In this document: piece by piece, positions 30,841-41,073 of the stretch
How the letters are laid out: each line of letters opens with the position of its first letter
Numbering within the stretch: position 1 is the stretch's first letter
Source of the DNA: Desulfatiglandales bacterium
GTDB taxonomy: Bacteria > Desulfobacterota > DSM-4660 > Desulfatiglandales > HGW-15
Assembly: GCA_963667015.2 (NCBI GenBank)
Contig: CAXXJJ010000004.1
Location: 1,600,001 to 1,664,000, forward strand
Length of the DNA stretch: 64,000 bases
Direction of reading: 5' to 3'
Notes under the pieces: generated by a model
What the model was told of the DNA's origin: nothing
The model's input: the letters and a program-made list of their open reading frames with translations, nothing else
Database searches by the model: none
Program-made: the position numbers and the translations under genes

Positions 30841-31278
30841 TCACTTACACGGATGTTCAGGATTGCCTGAAAAATATTTCTTCAGCTTTATATCTACCTG
30901 CTTCTTTTCTTCCTCAGTCAATTTTTTATATTTTCGCTCGAAGTCCCAGCCATAGCCCCACCTGTACCAGTTATAGAAGTAAGGACTTCCTCCGAATCGT
31001 ACTCCGCTATATATAACCTTTGCCAGATTATCATTACCTGTTTTCTCACGAACACATTCCCGCAGTGCCTCATCCGCCTTTAATCGTTCTTCCTCTGTAC
31101 CGCCCTGCCAGTAGGCAATATCATGCTCAAAACAGCACTCACACCAGTCAGTCTTATCTATAAGAGAACTGTCCGGGAATAGCGTGCATCCGTCACTTTT
31201 AAAATCACTTATCTGTTTCCCGGACCCGTTGCATCCGGATACAAACAGGACCAGTAATATAATGATTATTCGATCCAT
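30841..31278 (-). CDS. Lipoprotein with a prokaryotic phospholipase A2-like CCxxHD motif
   Basis: Lipobox VSGC; SDGCT, CCFEHDIAY, AD..L..C, GVR.GG. Confidence 0.7.
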   Translation of the reverse strand: MDRIIIILLVLFVSGCNGSGKQISDFKSDGCTLFPDSSLIDKTDWCECCFEHDIAYWQGGTEEERLKADEALRECVREKTGNDNLAKVIYSGVRFGGSPYFYNWYRWGYGWDFERKYKKLTEEEKKQVDIKLKKYFSGNPEHPCK

Positions 31279-31301
31279 GCGGCCTCATTCATGAATTGTT
31301 T

Positions 31302-31757
31302 TTACTTAACAAATCTTTCCATATCCAAATCTATGGAAATTAGTTTTTTAGACTCATCAGACTCAGGATCAATAATGATAAAATCCTCAAACTCAAAACC
31401 CGGGGCAACAGAACAGCCGGCAAGCACCCTATCTGAAACCGGTTCTGCCGCCTGCCAGATACCCGCTGGTACTATATGGCAAAAATTGTTACTTTCGGCT
31501 GATAATGTTATGCACTGCGGAGGGTTGTCAGTACCATCCCATATAAAGAGATTAAGTGCACTGCCCTGATAAAGGTTCCACACCTCGTCTGATGCAATCC
31601 TGTGAAACCTGCTTACTTCACCCGGTCTGAGTGAAAAATAAATATGTGTAAGTGCAGACCTGTTTTCGCCTGCCCGGGTTGTTACTATACTGGCTGATCT
31701 GAATACTTCAGAGAATCGCCCGCCTTCGGGATGATCTACAAGATTAACGGGTTTCAT
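31302..31757 (-). CDS. Cupin_5 (DUF985) protein
   Basis: HPEGG.F.E, HIYF.L, SRFHRI.SDEVW, VPAG.WQAA, CSVAPGFEFEDF. Confidence 0.9.
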   Translation of the reverse strand: MKPVNLVDHPEGGRFSEVFRSASIVTTRAGENRSALTHIYFSLRPGEVSRFHRIASDEVWNLYQGSALNLFIWDGTDNPPQCITLSAESNNFCHIVPAGIWQAAEPVSDRVLAGCSVAPGFEFEDFIIIDPESDESKKLISIDLDMERFVK

Positions 31758-31856
31758 ATGTATTATATCCCCGGATTGGATTTTAATATAATTGTTTAAA
31801 GGGGTATTTGTTTATTTAATATACTGATAATAAAATACTTTTAATAGAGAACACCA

Positions 31857-32072
31857 TTACCCTCTTGTCATGGCGGCCCCGCACTTTGGGCACTTTTTCT
31901 CATAGCATGGCTGTCCGGGTTCATGTTTTGCCTTTTGGCCACAACCAGTACAGACACAATAACCACCAATACCCTGTCCGGTACCACCACGGCCTCTTCC
32001 GCCTGATCCGCCCATTCCTCTTCCTGTTCCTGCTCCCTGACCCTTAGGTCCTGTTCCGTCTCCTCTTGGCAT
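31857..32072 (-). CDS. Small DUF5320-like Gly/Arg-rich protein with a Cys-rich (Zn-ribbon-like) tail
   Basis: MPRGDGTGP start; CVCTGC...PC...CPKCG. Confidence 0.8.
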   Translation of the reverse strand: MPRGDGTGPKGQGAGTGRGMGGSGGRGRGGTGQGIGGYCVCTGCGQKAKHEPGQPCYEKKCPKCGAAMTRG

Positions 32073-32089
32073 GATATTAATCTCCTTTC

Positions 32090-32527
32090 TTAGGGTTTTG
32101 ACATTTTCTTCATATAATCATCAAGGGCTTCCTGAAGTGTCGCCGAAGCTAAAAATGCACAGTGTCTGTCTTTTTCAGGTAAATCTCCCACAAACGAAAG
32201 AATATACTCTCCGGTTATATCTGTAATTTCTTCAGGATTTTTTCCATGGGCAAGTTCTGCTGCAAAAGAACCGCAAACCCCGCTTGTGCCGCACCCATCT
32301 GTTATAAACGATGCATCCTTAACCATTTCATTTTCAAATCTTAAAAAAATCTCCATGGTATCTCCGCAGGTCCCTTTAACCCTGCCGTAACCATCTGCAT
32401 TTTCCATGGCTCCGCAATATTTGGGATTTTGCCATCTTTCAAATACTATTTCGCCGTATTCTTCCCTTGTTTCATCATATATTTGATTTTGCAGCTTATT
32501 CACAAAATCATCAAAATCATCAGACAT
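32090..32527 (-). CDS. NifU/IscU N-terminal-type Fe-S scaffold protein
   Basis: NPKYCG, GTCGDTM, TDGCG, RHCAFLA. Confidence 0.88.
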   Translation of the reverse strand: MSDDFDDFVNKLQNQIYDETREEYGEIVFERWQNPKYCGAMENADGYGRVKGTCGDTMEIFLRFENEMVKDASFITDGCGTSGVCGSFAAELAHGKNPEEITDITGEYILSFVGDLPEKDRHCAFLASATLQEALDDYMKKMSKP

Positions 32528-32623
32528 ATAGTTTCCTCACTATGAAATAACGTGTTAAATCAAATCATATATTATTAAAAACACCCTTTTCATGCAAACA
32601 CTAAATCTCACCTGCATTATTTT

Positions 32624-32691
32624 TGGGCATATGCCCATATTATTTACTTGACAGTATATATTTACAGATTATATTATGGGCGTACGCTCAT
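32624..32691. promoter_or_regulatory. Two palindromic operators flanking a sigma70 promoter
   Basis: TGGGCATATGCCCA (32624-32637) and ATGGGCGTACGCTCAT (32676-32691); TTGACA at 32648 and TATATT at 32670. Confidence 0.7.
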
Positions 32692-32704
32692 AAAGGAGGT
32701 AAAA

Positions 32705-33043
32705 ATGCCAAGGCCAAGAAAGCCGCGATTTATTCAGGGGCATCCCATTGTAAAATCGTTTATACCTGACACCATTCCACCCTGGGGAGAAGGTGTTAAT
32801 ACCCTTTCCTTAGAAGGTCTGGAGGCTATCAAGTTAAATGATTATCAGGGGATGGACCAGGAGACCGCATCAAAAATGATGAACGTCTCCAGACAGACCT
32901 TTGGAAGAATTCTGGCCGAGGCAAGGGCCATTATAGCCGATGCCCTTGTTATGGGCAAAACACTCAGAATCGAAGGCGGTAATTTTGACATGCCGCCCAG
33001 AGGAAGAGGACGCCATCGACGTGGTCGTGGCGGAAAATTTTAA
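32705..33043 (+). CDS. DUF134 domain HTH protein
   Basis: MPRPRKPR, LEAIKL.DYQGMDQE.A..M.VSRQTFGRIL..AR..IADALV.GK.LRIEGG; RBS aaggagg. Confidence 0.92.
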   Translation: MPRPRKPRFIQGHPIVKSFIPDTIPPWGEGVNTLSLEGLEAIKLNDYQGMDQETASKMMNVSRQTFGRILAEARAIIADALVMGKTLRIEGGNFDMPPRGRGRHRRGRGGKF

Positions 33044-33070
33044 ATTTTATTATGGAAGGAGGTGTATCTT

Positions 33071-33343
33071 ATGCCTGGATTTGACGGAACAGGACCCTCA
33101 GGAATGGGTTCCATGACAGGAAGGGGTCTGGGATACTGTGCCCCTTCACAGAGGAACAATATTCCGGAATTCACAGACAGGCCGGTGTATCCGGGGCCCC
33201 AGTACGGACCCGGTTCAGGAAGAAGATTTGGTTTTGGCAGATGGTTTGGATTTGGCCGGAGCAGGGGTAATGGCCGGGGATTTTTACCGGGTTTTATTCG
33301 TGGCAGGGGCCACGGATATGGAAGAGGATATGGCCGCCCTTAG
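33071..33343 (+). CDS. DUF5320 family Gly/Arg-rich protein
   Basis: MPGFDGTGP.GMGSMTGRGLGYC. Confidence 0.85.
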   Translation: MPGFDGTGPSGMGSMTGRGLGYCAPSQRNNIPEFTDRPVYPGPQYGPGSGRRFGFGRWFGFGRSRGNGRGFLPGFIRGRGHGYGRGYGRP

Positions 33344-33439
33344 GGCACCAGGCCTTAAACTCTTAGCAGCTGTCTAAAACTTAACCTGTATTTTTACAGG
33401 CCTTAACAGACTTAATCATTCAGAAAGGAGGTATTTATT

Positions 33440-33793
33440 ATGCCTGGATTTGATGGAACAGGACCACAGGGCGGTGGCCCCATGACAGGTGGTGCACGAG
33501 GATACTGCAACCCCGGAAACAGTGGTTATTTGAACCGGTATGGACGGGGATACGGTATGGGAAGAGGTTTTCGCGGTGGCTCTGGAGGCGGCTTCGGACG
33601 TGGCCGCGGCTATGGAAGAGGCACAGGCCCTATGGGTGCTTATCAGCCATACGGCGCATGGTATGCACCCGCAGCACCATACGCAATGAAACCGGAAGAT
33701 GAACTAAGCATGTTAAAGGATGATGCAGCCGCGATAAAAAGTGATCTGGAAGCAATAAACAGTAGAATTAATGAGATTGAATCTCAGTCGTAG
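33440..33793 (+). CDS. DUF5320 family protein
   Basis: MPGFDGTGP.G.GPMTGG.RGYC plus C-terminal coiled coil EL.MLK..A..I...LEAINSRI. Confidence 0.9.
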   Translation: MPGFDGTGPQGGGPMTGGARGYCNPGNSGYLNRYGRGYGMGRGFRGGSGGGFGRGRGYGRGTGPMGAYQPYGAWYAPAAPYAMKPEDELSMLKDDAAAIKSDLEAINSRINEIESQS

Positions 33794-33827
33794 AATTTAT
33801 TATTTATTTCATTTCAATACCACATTA

Positions 33828-33864
33828 GCATGTAGAGACGGATTATAAACCCGTCTCTACATGC
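33828..33864. repeat. GTAG-family REP palindrome (may also act as terminator)
   Basis: gcatgtagagacgg-attataaac-ccgtctctacatgc, perfect 14-bp stem. Confidence 0.8.
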
Positions 33865-33969
33865 CCTAACCGCCTATTAAAAGACAACATTTTAACAGTC
33901 TAAAAACCGGTAAATTACCTGTAACCCCGCATTCTTAAGGTTATACAAATCCTCCTCTCAAAAAACAAT

Positions 33970-34025
33970 TTGACAAACCAAAAATATTTACGCTACACTG
34001 TACTAGTTCAGTAGTACAGTGTAGC
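33970..34025 (+). promoter_or_regulatory. Promoter and YtrA-type GntR operator
   Basis: TTGACA 33970, TACACT 33994; inverted repeat GCTACACTGTACTA-gttcag-TAGTACAGTGTAGC (33992-34025). Confidence 0.8.
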
Positions 34026-34065
34026 TCGTACTTTAATCTTTTTACAATCTGTATACAGGGAAAAT

Positions 34066-34461
34066 ATGTTTATTCAGATAAATCCTTCTTCCAGCACACC
34101 AATCTATGTTCAGATAATGGAGCAGGTAAAATACGCGATCGCTTCCGGAGTTGCAAAGGAAGGAGATCAGCTTTTATCTGTTCGCGAGCTTGCAAGGCAA
34201 TTGCGCGTTAACCCCAACACCATATCCAAGGCCTATCACGAACTGGAGCGCGAAAAATATTTAACAACCCACAAAGGAAAGGGAGTTTACATAGCTCCCT
34301 CAACCAGCGTCCTTACACAGGAAGAAAAGGAAAGACTGGTAGCTGAAAAACTGGAGGCTGCCCTGGTTGATGCCAGAAACCTTGGTCTTTCATTCAAGGA
34401 TGTGAGAGATATTCTCAAGAAAACAATGGATAATTTTAAAAAGACAGGAGAAAAGTCGTGA
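34066..34461 (+). CDS. GntR family regulator, YtrA subfamily
   Basis: PIYVQI..QVK, LLSVRELA..L.VNPNT..KAY.ELE. Confidence 0.93.
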   Translation: MFIQINPSSSTPIYVQIMEQVKYAIASGVAKEGDQLLSVRELARQLRVNPNTISKAYHELEREKYLTTHKGKGVYIAPSTSVLTQEEKERLVAEKLEAALVDARNLGLSFKDVRDILKKTMDNFKKTGEKS

Positions 34462-35360
34462 ACGAGAACGCAGTAGAGATTGAAAATATAGATAAGATTT
34501 TCCGTCGTAAAACAGTGCTAAAAGATCTGAACTTTTCTATTCCAAGGGGAGTTGTTTACGGGCTCCTCGGCCTGAACGGTGCTGGTAAAACCACCACACT
34601 TCGTATTCTGCTCGGACTGCTTTTCCCTGACAGGGGGCAGACTAGCGTGCTTGGAATTAATTCACAGAAACAGGGCGAAAAAATCCGGCAAAGGGTTGGC
34701 TATGTTGCAGAAGGTCAGCAACTCTACCAGTGGATGACAATAAAAGAGATATTATGGTTCAACGGCAGCCTATATAAAAACTGGGATACAGATTATGCAT
34801 ACTCATTAATAAAACGATTTGAGCTTGACCCAAAAGACAAAATCAAAAATCTGTCCAGAGGCATGCTCAGCAAATTAAGCCTTACACTGGCTCTTGGACA
34901 CAGACCCGAACTTCTTATCCTTGATGAAGCCACATCCGGTCTGGATGCAATTGTGAGGCGTGAGTTTTTAGACAGCATTGTGGAACTTGTAAACGACGAA
35001 GGGCACAGCGTTGTCATTTCATCTCATCTTCTCACTGACATGGAACGGATTGTAGATGAGATAGGCATATTGCATCAAGGTCATATAACCGAATCAGGAA
35101 GCCTTGAAGATTTTAAGAATTCATACCGCAAAGTAAAACTGTCTTTTGAAGAGCCTCCCCAAAACAGTTTTCACCTGCCGGATACAATTAATGAAAAACA
35201 TTCGGGAAGAGAAGCCATAATCACATTTAGAAATTACTCTTCTCAAAAAGAAAAAGAGTTAAATAGCCTGGGTGCAAAAAATATCGACTTCATAAATATG
35301 AGCCTTGAAGACCTGTTCAGCGAATGCCTTTTCCTTCCTGAACCAGACAGGGAGAAGTAA
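34458..35360 (+). CDS. ABC transporter ATP-binding protein (YtrB-like)
   Basis: GLNGAGKTT, LSRGM, LILDEATSGLD, SSH. Confidence 0.95.
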   Translation: MNENAVEIENIDKIFRRKTVLKDLNFSIPRGVVYGLLGLNGAGKTTTLRILLGLLFPDRGQTSVLGINSQKQGEKIRQRVGYVAEGQQLYQWMTIKEILWFNGSLYKNWDTDYAYSLIKRFELDPKDKIKNLSRGMLSKLSLTLALGHRPELLILDEATSGLDAIVRREFLDSIVELVNDEGHSVVISSHLLTDMERIVDEIGILHQGHITESGSLEDFKNSYRKVKLSFEEPPQNSFHLPDTINEKHSGREAIITFRNYSSQKEKELNSLGAKNIDFINMSLEDLFSECLFLPEPDREK

Positions 35361-35362
35361 TA

Positions 35363-37804
35363 ATGTACAGAGCGCTGCTATGGAAAGAGTGGAGAGAATC
35401 CCGCTTTTTTTTGTTTATAATGGCGACAGGAACCTTTTTGCTCTCATTGATATTCAGAAGTTTAGAGCTAAACGATAATGATATCCTTGCATTTTTATAT
35501 GTAATCATATGGACGTTTTTTACCGTGCTGCTGGCAGCCAGCCAGTTTTCAAATGAAGCTGAATCCGGAACTTCTGACTTTCTGCTATCCCGTCCCGCTC
35601 ACTGGTTTAAAATCTGGCTGATTAAAACATTATACGGTATATGTGCTCTTCTGGCATTTGGTTTTATCCTATTATTACTGGGTTCTTTTTTTATCCCCTC
35701 TCTTATAAAATCGACAACTATCCTACCGGAATTTATCCGGACTTCGCCCTCAACACCTCCTGTTTTTTTTGGAACCATCCTATTCTCAATAATGTTCTGC
35801 CTATATTTTACAGGATGTATTGTATCTACAAGTATTAAATCTTCATTAAAAGGAGCGCTTGCTACACTCATTGTATCAGGATTTTTTGTATTTATTCTGA
35901 TAAGATCTTCATTTCTTTTTAACTTTACATCTTCCAGCTATATATTCTGGATAATATTTCCGGTACTGTTTTTTATTATTTTTATAAAGCATCAGGCGAA
36001 TTTATATATTACAAAAATATCATACTGGACTCTTTCAATTGGAGGATCATTATTCTGGATGATCTTCTTTATAAAAGGCGTAAGTTTACTAATAATACTT
36101 AGACAGGTCAGATACTTTAATCTACCAGTATCCATTCCAAAGGACTTTTTATTCTTCCTTATACTATTCAGCTTTATGATATCTGCTTTAATAACTTCAT
36201 TTTTTGCCTGTGGAGTTAATCAAAGAAACTACCCGGGCTGGTGGAAATTAATCAGCAGTATCAATCTTCTTATTATTTTTACCATTTGCACTGCTGCAAT
36301 TCTCTCTGAGGTCATGCCATCAACAGCGCATAAAAGCCTGGCAGAAAGACCTCTTGACCGGAGAGAATACTATAGCCCTCCAATTATTATCAGTCGTTAT
36401 GACTACATAAAAAAACCTCTGCTGTTTAAAGGGAATATCCCATACTGGGAAGGAAAAGTTTCTTACCGGCATATAATTCTCAATGAAAACAGCGGTGAGG
36501 CATATCCACTTGGCACAGGGAAATTCATGATTCATGATATTTATGATGTTTCGATTAGAAGCCAGTGGGCAGTCTATTCCTGCCCTGCTTTAAGGTGGGG
36601 AGTATACTATATTTGGGGACTGTGGTCTGAGAACTTAAAAACTAACAAACAGCACCTGTTAATGACAGGGAATAGCATTCCAAGCATAAAAGGAAGATTG
36701 TTTGATAAAGGTTCACGCTTATTAATAATTGATGAGACTAACAGCAATAAAATTCTTTTTTCGATCAAAAATGGAACACCATATAAAATCAATAAAGTGC
36801 ATGAGCCAGGTACAAGTGAACTGTTGCACATTGATACAAATAATAAACTTTACTTCTATAATACACTGAACCGGATCATCACTTGTTATAACCATGATCT
36901 GATCAAGGAATATGAATTATCTGTAGTTAAAGATAAGATGAAAGAAATTATTTCAGGCTATATTCAGAATAAACAATCCAATCATAATAAGGATAGAACT
37001 TACATTGATTTAGACTATTTTACCGTAGGAAGAGACGGAAGATTAAAGCAAAGGTCAAATAACGATCTTCCAAATATGTATTTTTCAGAACCATACTTTT
37101 CTATATCTCCAGATAATAAATATTTGATTTTCAATATAAGTATCCATTCTAAAACCGGTGAAGCAAAAAAACTATTCTATAAACCGCAGTATAAAAGCTG
37201 GTGTGTATCTTTACCTGATGGTATTTACAATAAAGTATTTGAAGAAAATAATATTAATTCGAATTCCTACAACTGGGTTCCAGGAACCGACAGCATTCTG
37301 GCAGTTTATCAGAAAACAAAACAGGAAAATAAGGTACTTCTTATTGATCTCAAAAAAGGGATCAGTAAAAACCTAATAAATGAAGAATCTTTCGATATGC
37401 AAGACAAGCTATCGATCGAGTGGTCAGATAATGGGAAAAATCTAATAGTATACAGTTCATCAGGGCTACCGAGAAAAAAGACTGTCAGCCTGTACAGGTT
37501 TGATCCGGATACTCTTACATTTAGTTTTATTACTTCTACGACTGGCTTACAGAATGGACATTTCAAATATAATGTTAAGAGGTGGTCATTAGATCATTCT
37601 CAAATAGTTTTTTGCGAGTTAAATAGCGGTATTATTTGGAGGTTAGACCTTAATGAAGGGAAATGGTCTAAATTAAAAAGTCCTTTTAAAAATTGTGAGC
37701 TTATAGGAATAAGCAATAAAGGTGAAGTGTATGTAGCTCCCTTGAGTGGCGCAAAAATATACCGTGTTACTGAAACAGATTCTGAAATTATATATGAAGG
37801 ATGA
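35363..37804 (+). CDS. ABC-2-type permease fused to a C-terminal beta-propeller-like extracytoplasmic domain
   Basis: ALLWKEWRE, E.ESGT.DFLLSRP; multiple TMs; SPD..Y, WSD.G and WS.D TolB-like repeats. Confidence 0.75.
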   Translation: MYRALLWKEWRESRFFLFIMATGTFLLSLIFRSLELNDNDILAFLYVIIWTFFTVLLAASQFSNEAESGTSDFLLSRPAHWFKIWLIKTLYGICALLAFGFILLLLGSFFIPSLIKSTTILPEFIRTSPSTPPVFFGTILFSIMFCLYFTGCIVSTSIKSSLKGALATLIVSGFFVFILIRSSFLFNFTSSSYIFWIIFPVLFFIIFIKHQANLYITKISYWTLSIGGSLFWMIFFIKGVSLLIILRQVRYFNLPVSIPKDFLFFLILFSFMISALITSFFACGVNQRNYPGWWKLISSINLLIIFTICTAAILSEVMPSTAHKSLAERPLDRREYYSPPIIISRYDYIKKPLLFKGNIPYWEGKVSYRHIILNENSGEAYPLGTGKFMIHDIYDVSIRSQWAVYSCPALRWGVYYIWGLWSENLKTNKQHLLMTGNSIPSIKGRLFDKGSRLLIIDETNSNKILFSIKNGTPYKINKVHEPGTSELLHIDTNNKLYFYNTLNRIITCYNHDLIKEYELSVVKDKMKEIISGYIQNKQSNHNKDRTYIDLDYFTVGRDGRLKQRSNNDLPNMYFSEPYFSISPDNKYLIFNISIHSKTGEAKKLFYKPQYKSWCVSLPDGIYNKVFEENNINSNSYNWVPGTDSILAVYQKTKQENKVLLIDLKKGISKNLINEESFDMQDKLSIEWSDNGKNLIVYSSSGLPRKKTVSLYRFDPDTLTFSFITSTTGLQNGHFKYNVKRWSLDHSQIVFCELNSGIIWRLDLNEGKWSKLKSPFKNCELIGISNKGEVYVAPLSGAKIYRVTETDSEIIYEG

Positions 37805-40232
37805 AAGATATGTACAAAGCATTATTATGGAAAGAATGGAAAGAAACACGCCTCTTTTTATTAATCATGGCTTCAGGAGTTCCATGCTTCTCTATATTAT
37901 TAAATATTTTAGAAAATAAGAGTGATATAAAAGCAGATGCTAATTTAGTAGTGTATTGTCTTTTATTAGTTTTTTATTCTGTCCTGCTTGGATCCGTTCA
38001 ATTTGCAGGTGAAAAGGAATCGGGTACCACTGAATTTATACAGTCCCGCCCGATTCACTGGTTTAATATCTGGCTATTCAAGGTTGTATACGGATCAGCC
38101 AGCCTGATACTTTTCATATTATTTCTTTTTGTCATGGGGAATATTTTCATATCACCATTTTTAGGTAGCGGTACATTGATTCAGGAATTTTTAACCTTAA
38201 TTCCTGATTTCACGGTATTTACAGATTTAAATAAAATACTTTTTTTAATAGTTCCTTTTACCCTCTATTTTTTCAGTTGCACAGTATCTACTAATATTAA
38301 ATCCACACTTATTACAGTTATAGTAACTTATATAACCGCACTGTTTCTCCTTCTTTTATTAGACTGCTCTTTTACATCTATATACCTTAGTGCCTCGCTC
38401 TACATCTTTTTAAGTATATCTTTGTTAGTATATTACCCATTCTGTTTTTTATTATCTTTGTTAAGCACAGACAGACGAACTGTTTTACAAAAATAGCCTG
38501 CTGGACACTGCCTGTCGGTACTGTTTATTTATGGATATTCAAATTTTTTTCCGGTGGAAGACTCTCTCCCCGTTTGCTGACAAATGATATTCCTTTCGGC
38601 AGATACTTCATTAACACAGATAATATATATTTCGCCTATTTAATACCCGCCGGCTTTGTTGCTGCTGTTGTAACCTCTATTTTCTCATCAGGGATATTTC
38701 GAAGAGAATACCGCTTCTGGTGGAAATCTTTGAGCTGTCTGAATTTTTTTATAATAACCTCATTCTGCTTTATAGCTATCCTGACGTCTATTACACCAGG
38801 TGTATCCAGTATCGACTTTGGAAATAATACAAACCCTTCAAATCCTGCATTAAAGTTTCATGATGAACACAGGGTCATAGACAATTCCGGTTCAACTTTT
38901 ATTATTGCAAAAAGCCTGGGCAGCAAGAGCGAACCTTCACTAAAAAACAAATCCATGTTGACCAGCGCAAGAATTTCCGAGAAACACTTTCTTCTGAATG
39001 ATGAAAAAGGCAAGGTAACTTTTTTTGGAAGAGAAAAGTTTATGCGTAAAAAGCCGCTGATGGTTTCTCCTGATCAGCGCTGGGTAATATACGCATGCCC
39101 TAAACTTAACTGGAAGTTATATCACACATCAGGACTATGGGCTGAAAACCTGGAGACTTCAGAACAGTATTTCCTGATGGACCTGATTATGGTTAGTATA
39201 AGGAGAAGCCATTGGCTTGATAAAGGCAAACGTTTTATCCTTTTTGATAAACAAAATGCACGCAATAACCTTTATTTATTTTCAGTAGAAAATAATTCCC
39301 CTGGATTAATAAAAAAAGTACAAATCCCACATGAATATTCATTTCACCATATTGATGATATGGGGAAAATGTATTTCTATAATTTTTTTTCAAATATTAT
39401 AACCTGTTATAATCGTGACCTGGAAAAAGAATACGACACAACAGCAATCCAGGATAAGGTCAACAAGCTCAAATCAGAATTTAAAGGCAAAAATGTAGAA
39501 GTGAATTCCTCGCAGCCTGTTATTTCACCTGACGGTAAATATATGCTGTTTGACACATATGCTCCTAACTACAGCAAGGCAGGTGAGGGAAGACAGCAAA
39601 GCTGGCGTGTATCTTTACCGGATGGAGAATATAAAAAAATCGGTTCTTTCAATTTCAGCGGTTATACTGACAGTTGGAGAAACATTCCATGGCACCCTGT
39701 TGCCAAAAACCTTTGGTTCCACAGGAAAACAGAACAAGGTGACCGGGGATTTGGTCTTTTTGACATAGAAAGCGGAACAGATAAATCACTGATTACAATA
39801 AAAAGACAGTTTCGTAACGCAAATGAGCCTTATTACTTCATGTGCGATTTTGCCTGGTCTGGAGACGGTAAATATTTTTTAATTTATGAGACCAGTAATC
39901 ATACAGACATGACTAATATAAAAGTTAAGCTTTACTCATTCGATTTAGAAACCCGAACCAGCGCTTTTGTTTCAACAAAGAATGGCTTAAGAAAAAAATC
40001 ACAACTATGGTCTAAAGCACGATCTCATGTTGTTTTTCAATCAAAAGCAGGCAATGAATTATGGATACTTGACTTAACAAGAGGTAAATGGACCATGATA
40101 TCACCTCCTTTTAAAGACTATACCATCCTTGGAATCAATAATAGCGGGGAGGTATTTGCTGTCCCAAAAGGTAAAGTTCAGATCTATCGACTTACACAAA
40201 ATAAACCGGAAATTATTTATCAGGAAAAATAG
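37801..40232 (+). pseudogene. Second permease-propeller paralogue split by a -1 frameshift near 38391-38415 (ORFs 37801-38496 and 38574-40232)
   Basis: The downstream frame is open from 38391 and reads KYIFVSILPILFFIIFVKHR..TKIACWTLP, matching SYIFWIIFPVLFFIIFIKHQ..TKISYWTLS of 35363-37804. Confidence 0.75.
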
Positions 40233-40234
40233 AA

Positions 40235-40903
40235 ATGATTAAAGCACTATTATGGAAAGAATATCGTGAATCGCGCCTTTCTCTGGCGCTAACATCCTTC
40301 GGCTCCACTGTTATATTCTGGTTATTATTTTTTTCGAAAATGCATTGGCAGTATATGTCCCCTCAAGGATCTTTGGAAGTAATGATATTACCCTTACCTG
40401 GCATAATCTCTAATTATCCAATCATACCGCTAATAACTGTTTTTACAATTATAACAGGGGCAGACTCATTTGCATCGGAATATCAGTCAAAAACATTTGA
40501 TTTTCTGGTAAGTCGTGCAGTAAGTCGTGAAACAGTGTGGCATTCAAAGTTTGGCTTAAGATTTTCTATGCTTTTTTTCCCAATATTTTATTTTATTTTT
40601 ATTAACTGTTTTTTACACACGAAGCTGGCAGGTCTTCAATATCAGGGTATGTTCATCGGAGCTACAATCTTATTATTCAGCATGTGTTTTTTCTTTTCGA
40701 CAATATTCAGCAGGCCTTTTATAGCCGGTGTAACAGGCATTATTGTTTTTTTAGGATTTGCTATGCTGTTTTATCAATTTTTTAAAAATTATCTTGCTTT
40801 TTCGATATGCTCAATAATTCTGTCCAACCTGATTCTAAGAGCGTCCTTCGCAATATTTACAAAGGGCAGGTTTTTACATGCAAGGAATAAAATGATGACA
40901 TAG
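40235..40903 (+). CDS. ABC-2-type permease (short paralogue)
   Basis: ALLWKEYRE, FASE...TFDFLVSR; hydrophobic. Confidence 0.8.
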   Translation: MIKALLWKEYRESRLSLALTSFGSTVIFWLLFFSKMHWQYMSPQGSLEVMILPLPGIISNYPIIPLITVFTIITGADSFASEYQSKTFDFLVSRAVSRETVWHSKFGLRFSMLFFPIFYFIFINCFLHTKLAGLQYQGMFIGATILLFSMCFFFSTIFSRPFIAGVTGIIVFLGFAMLFYQFFKNYLAFSICSIILSNLILRASFAIFTKGRFLHARNKMMT

Positions 40904-41073
40904 CAGGTAAACCTTATTCATCATACTCATACGTGGAATTCAGGGAATTAAAAACCAAACAATATCTGATAGAAGCCAAAAGAATCCTCTCCGATTCACA
41001 ATATGAAAAGTTTGTTAATTTTGTAAAAGAAAGATATGCGGCGCAGGATTCGTTTTTTGCAGTTGGCAATTAT

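Noticed and set aside
3559..33793. Selenocysteine read-through in redox genes
   Set aside because: I found no in-frame TGA at a conserved Cys position with continuing homology; the Mo subunit break is a frameshift, not a TGA
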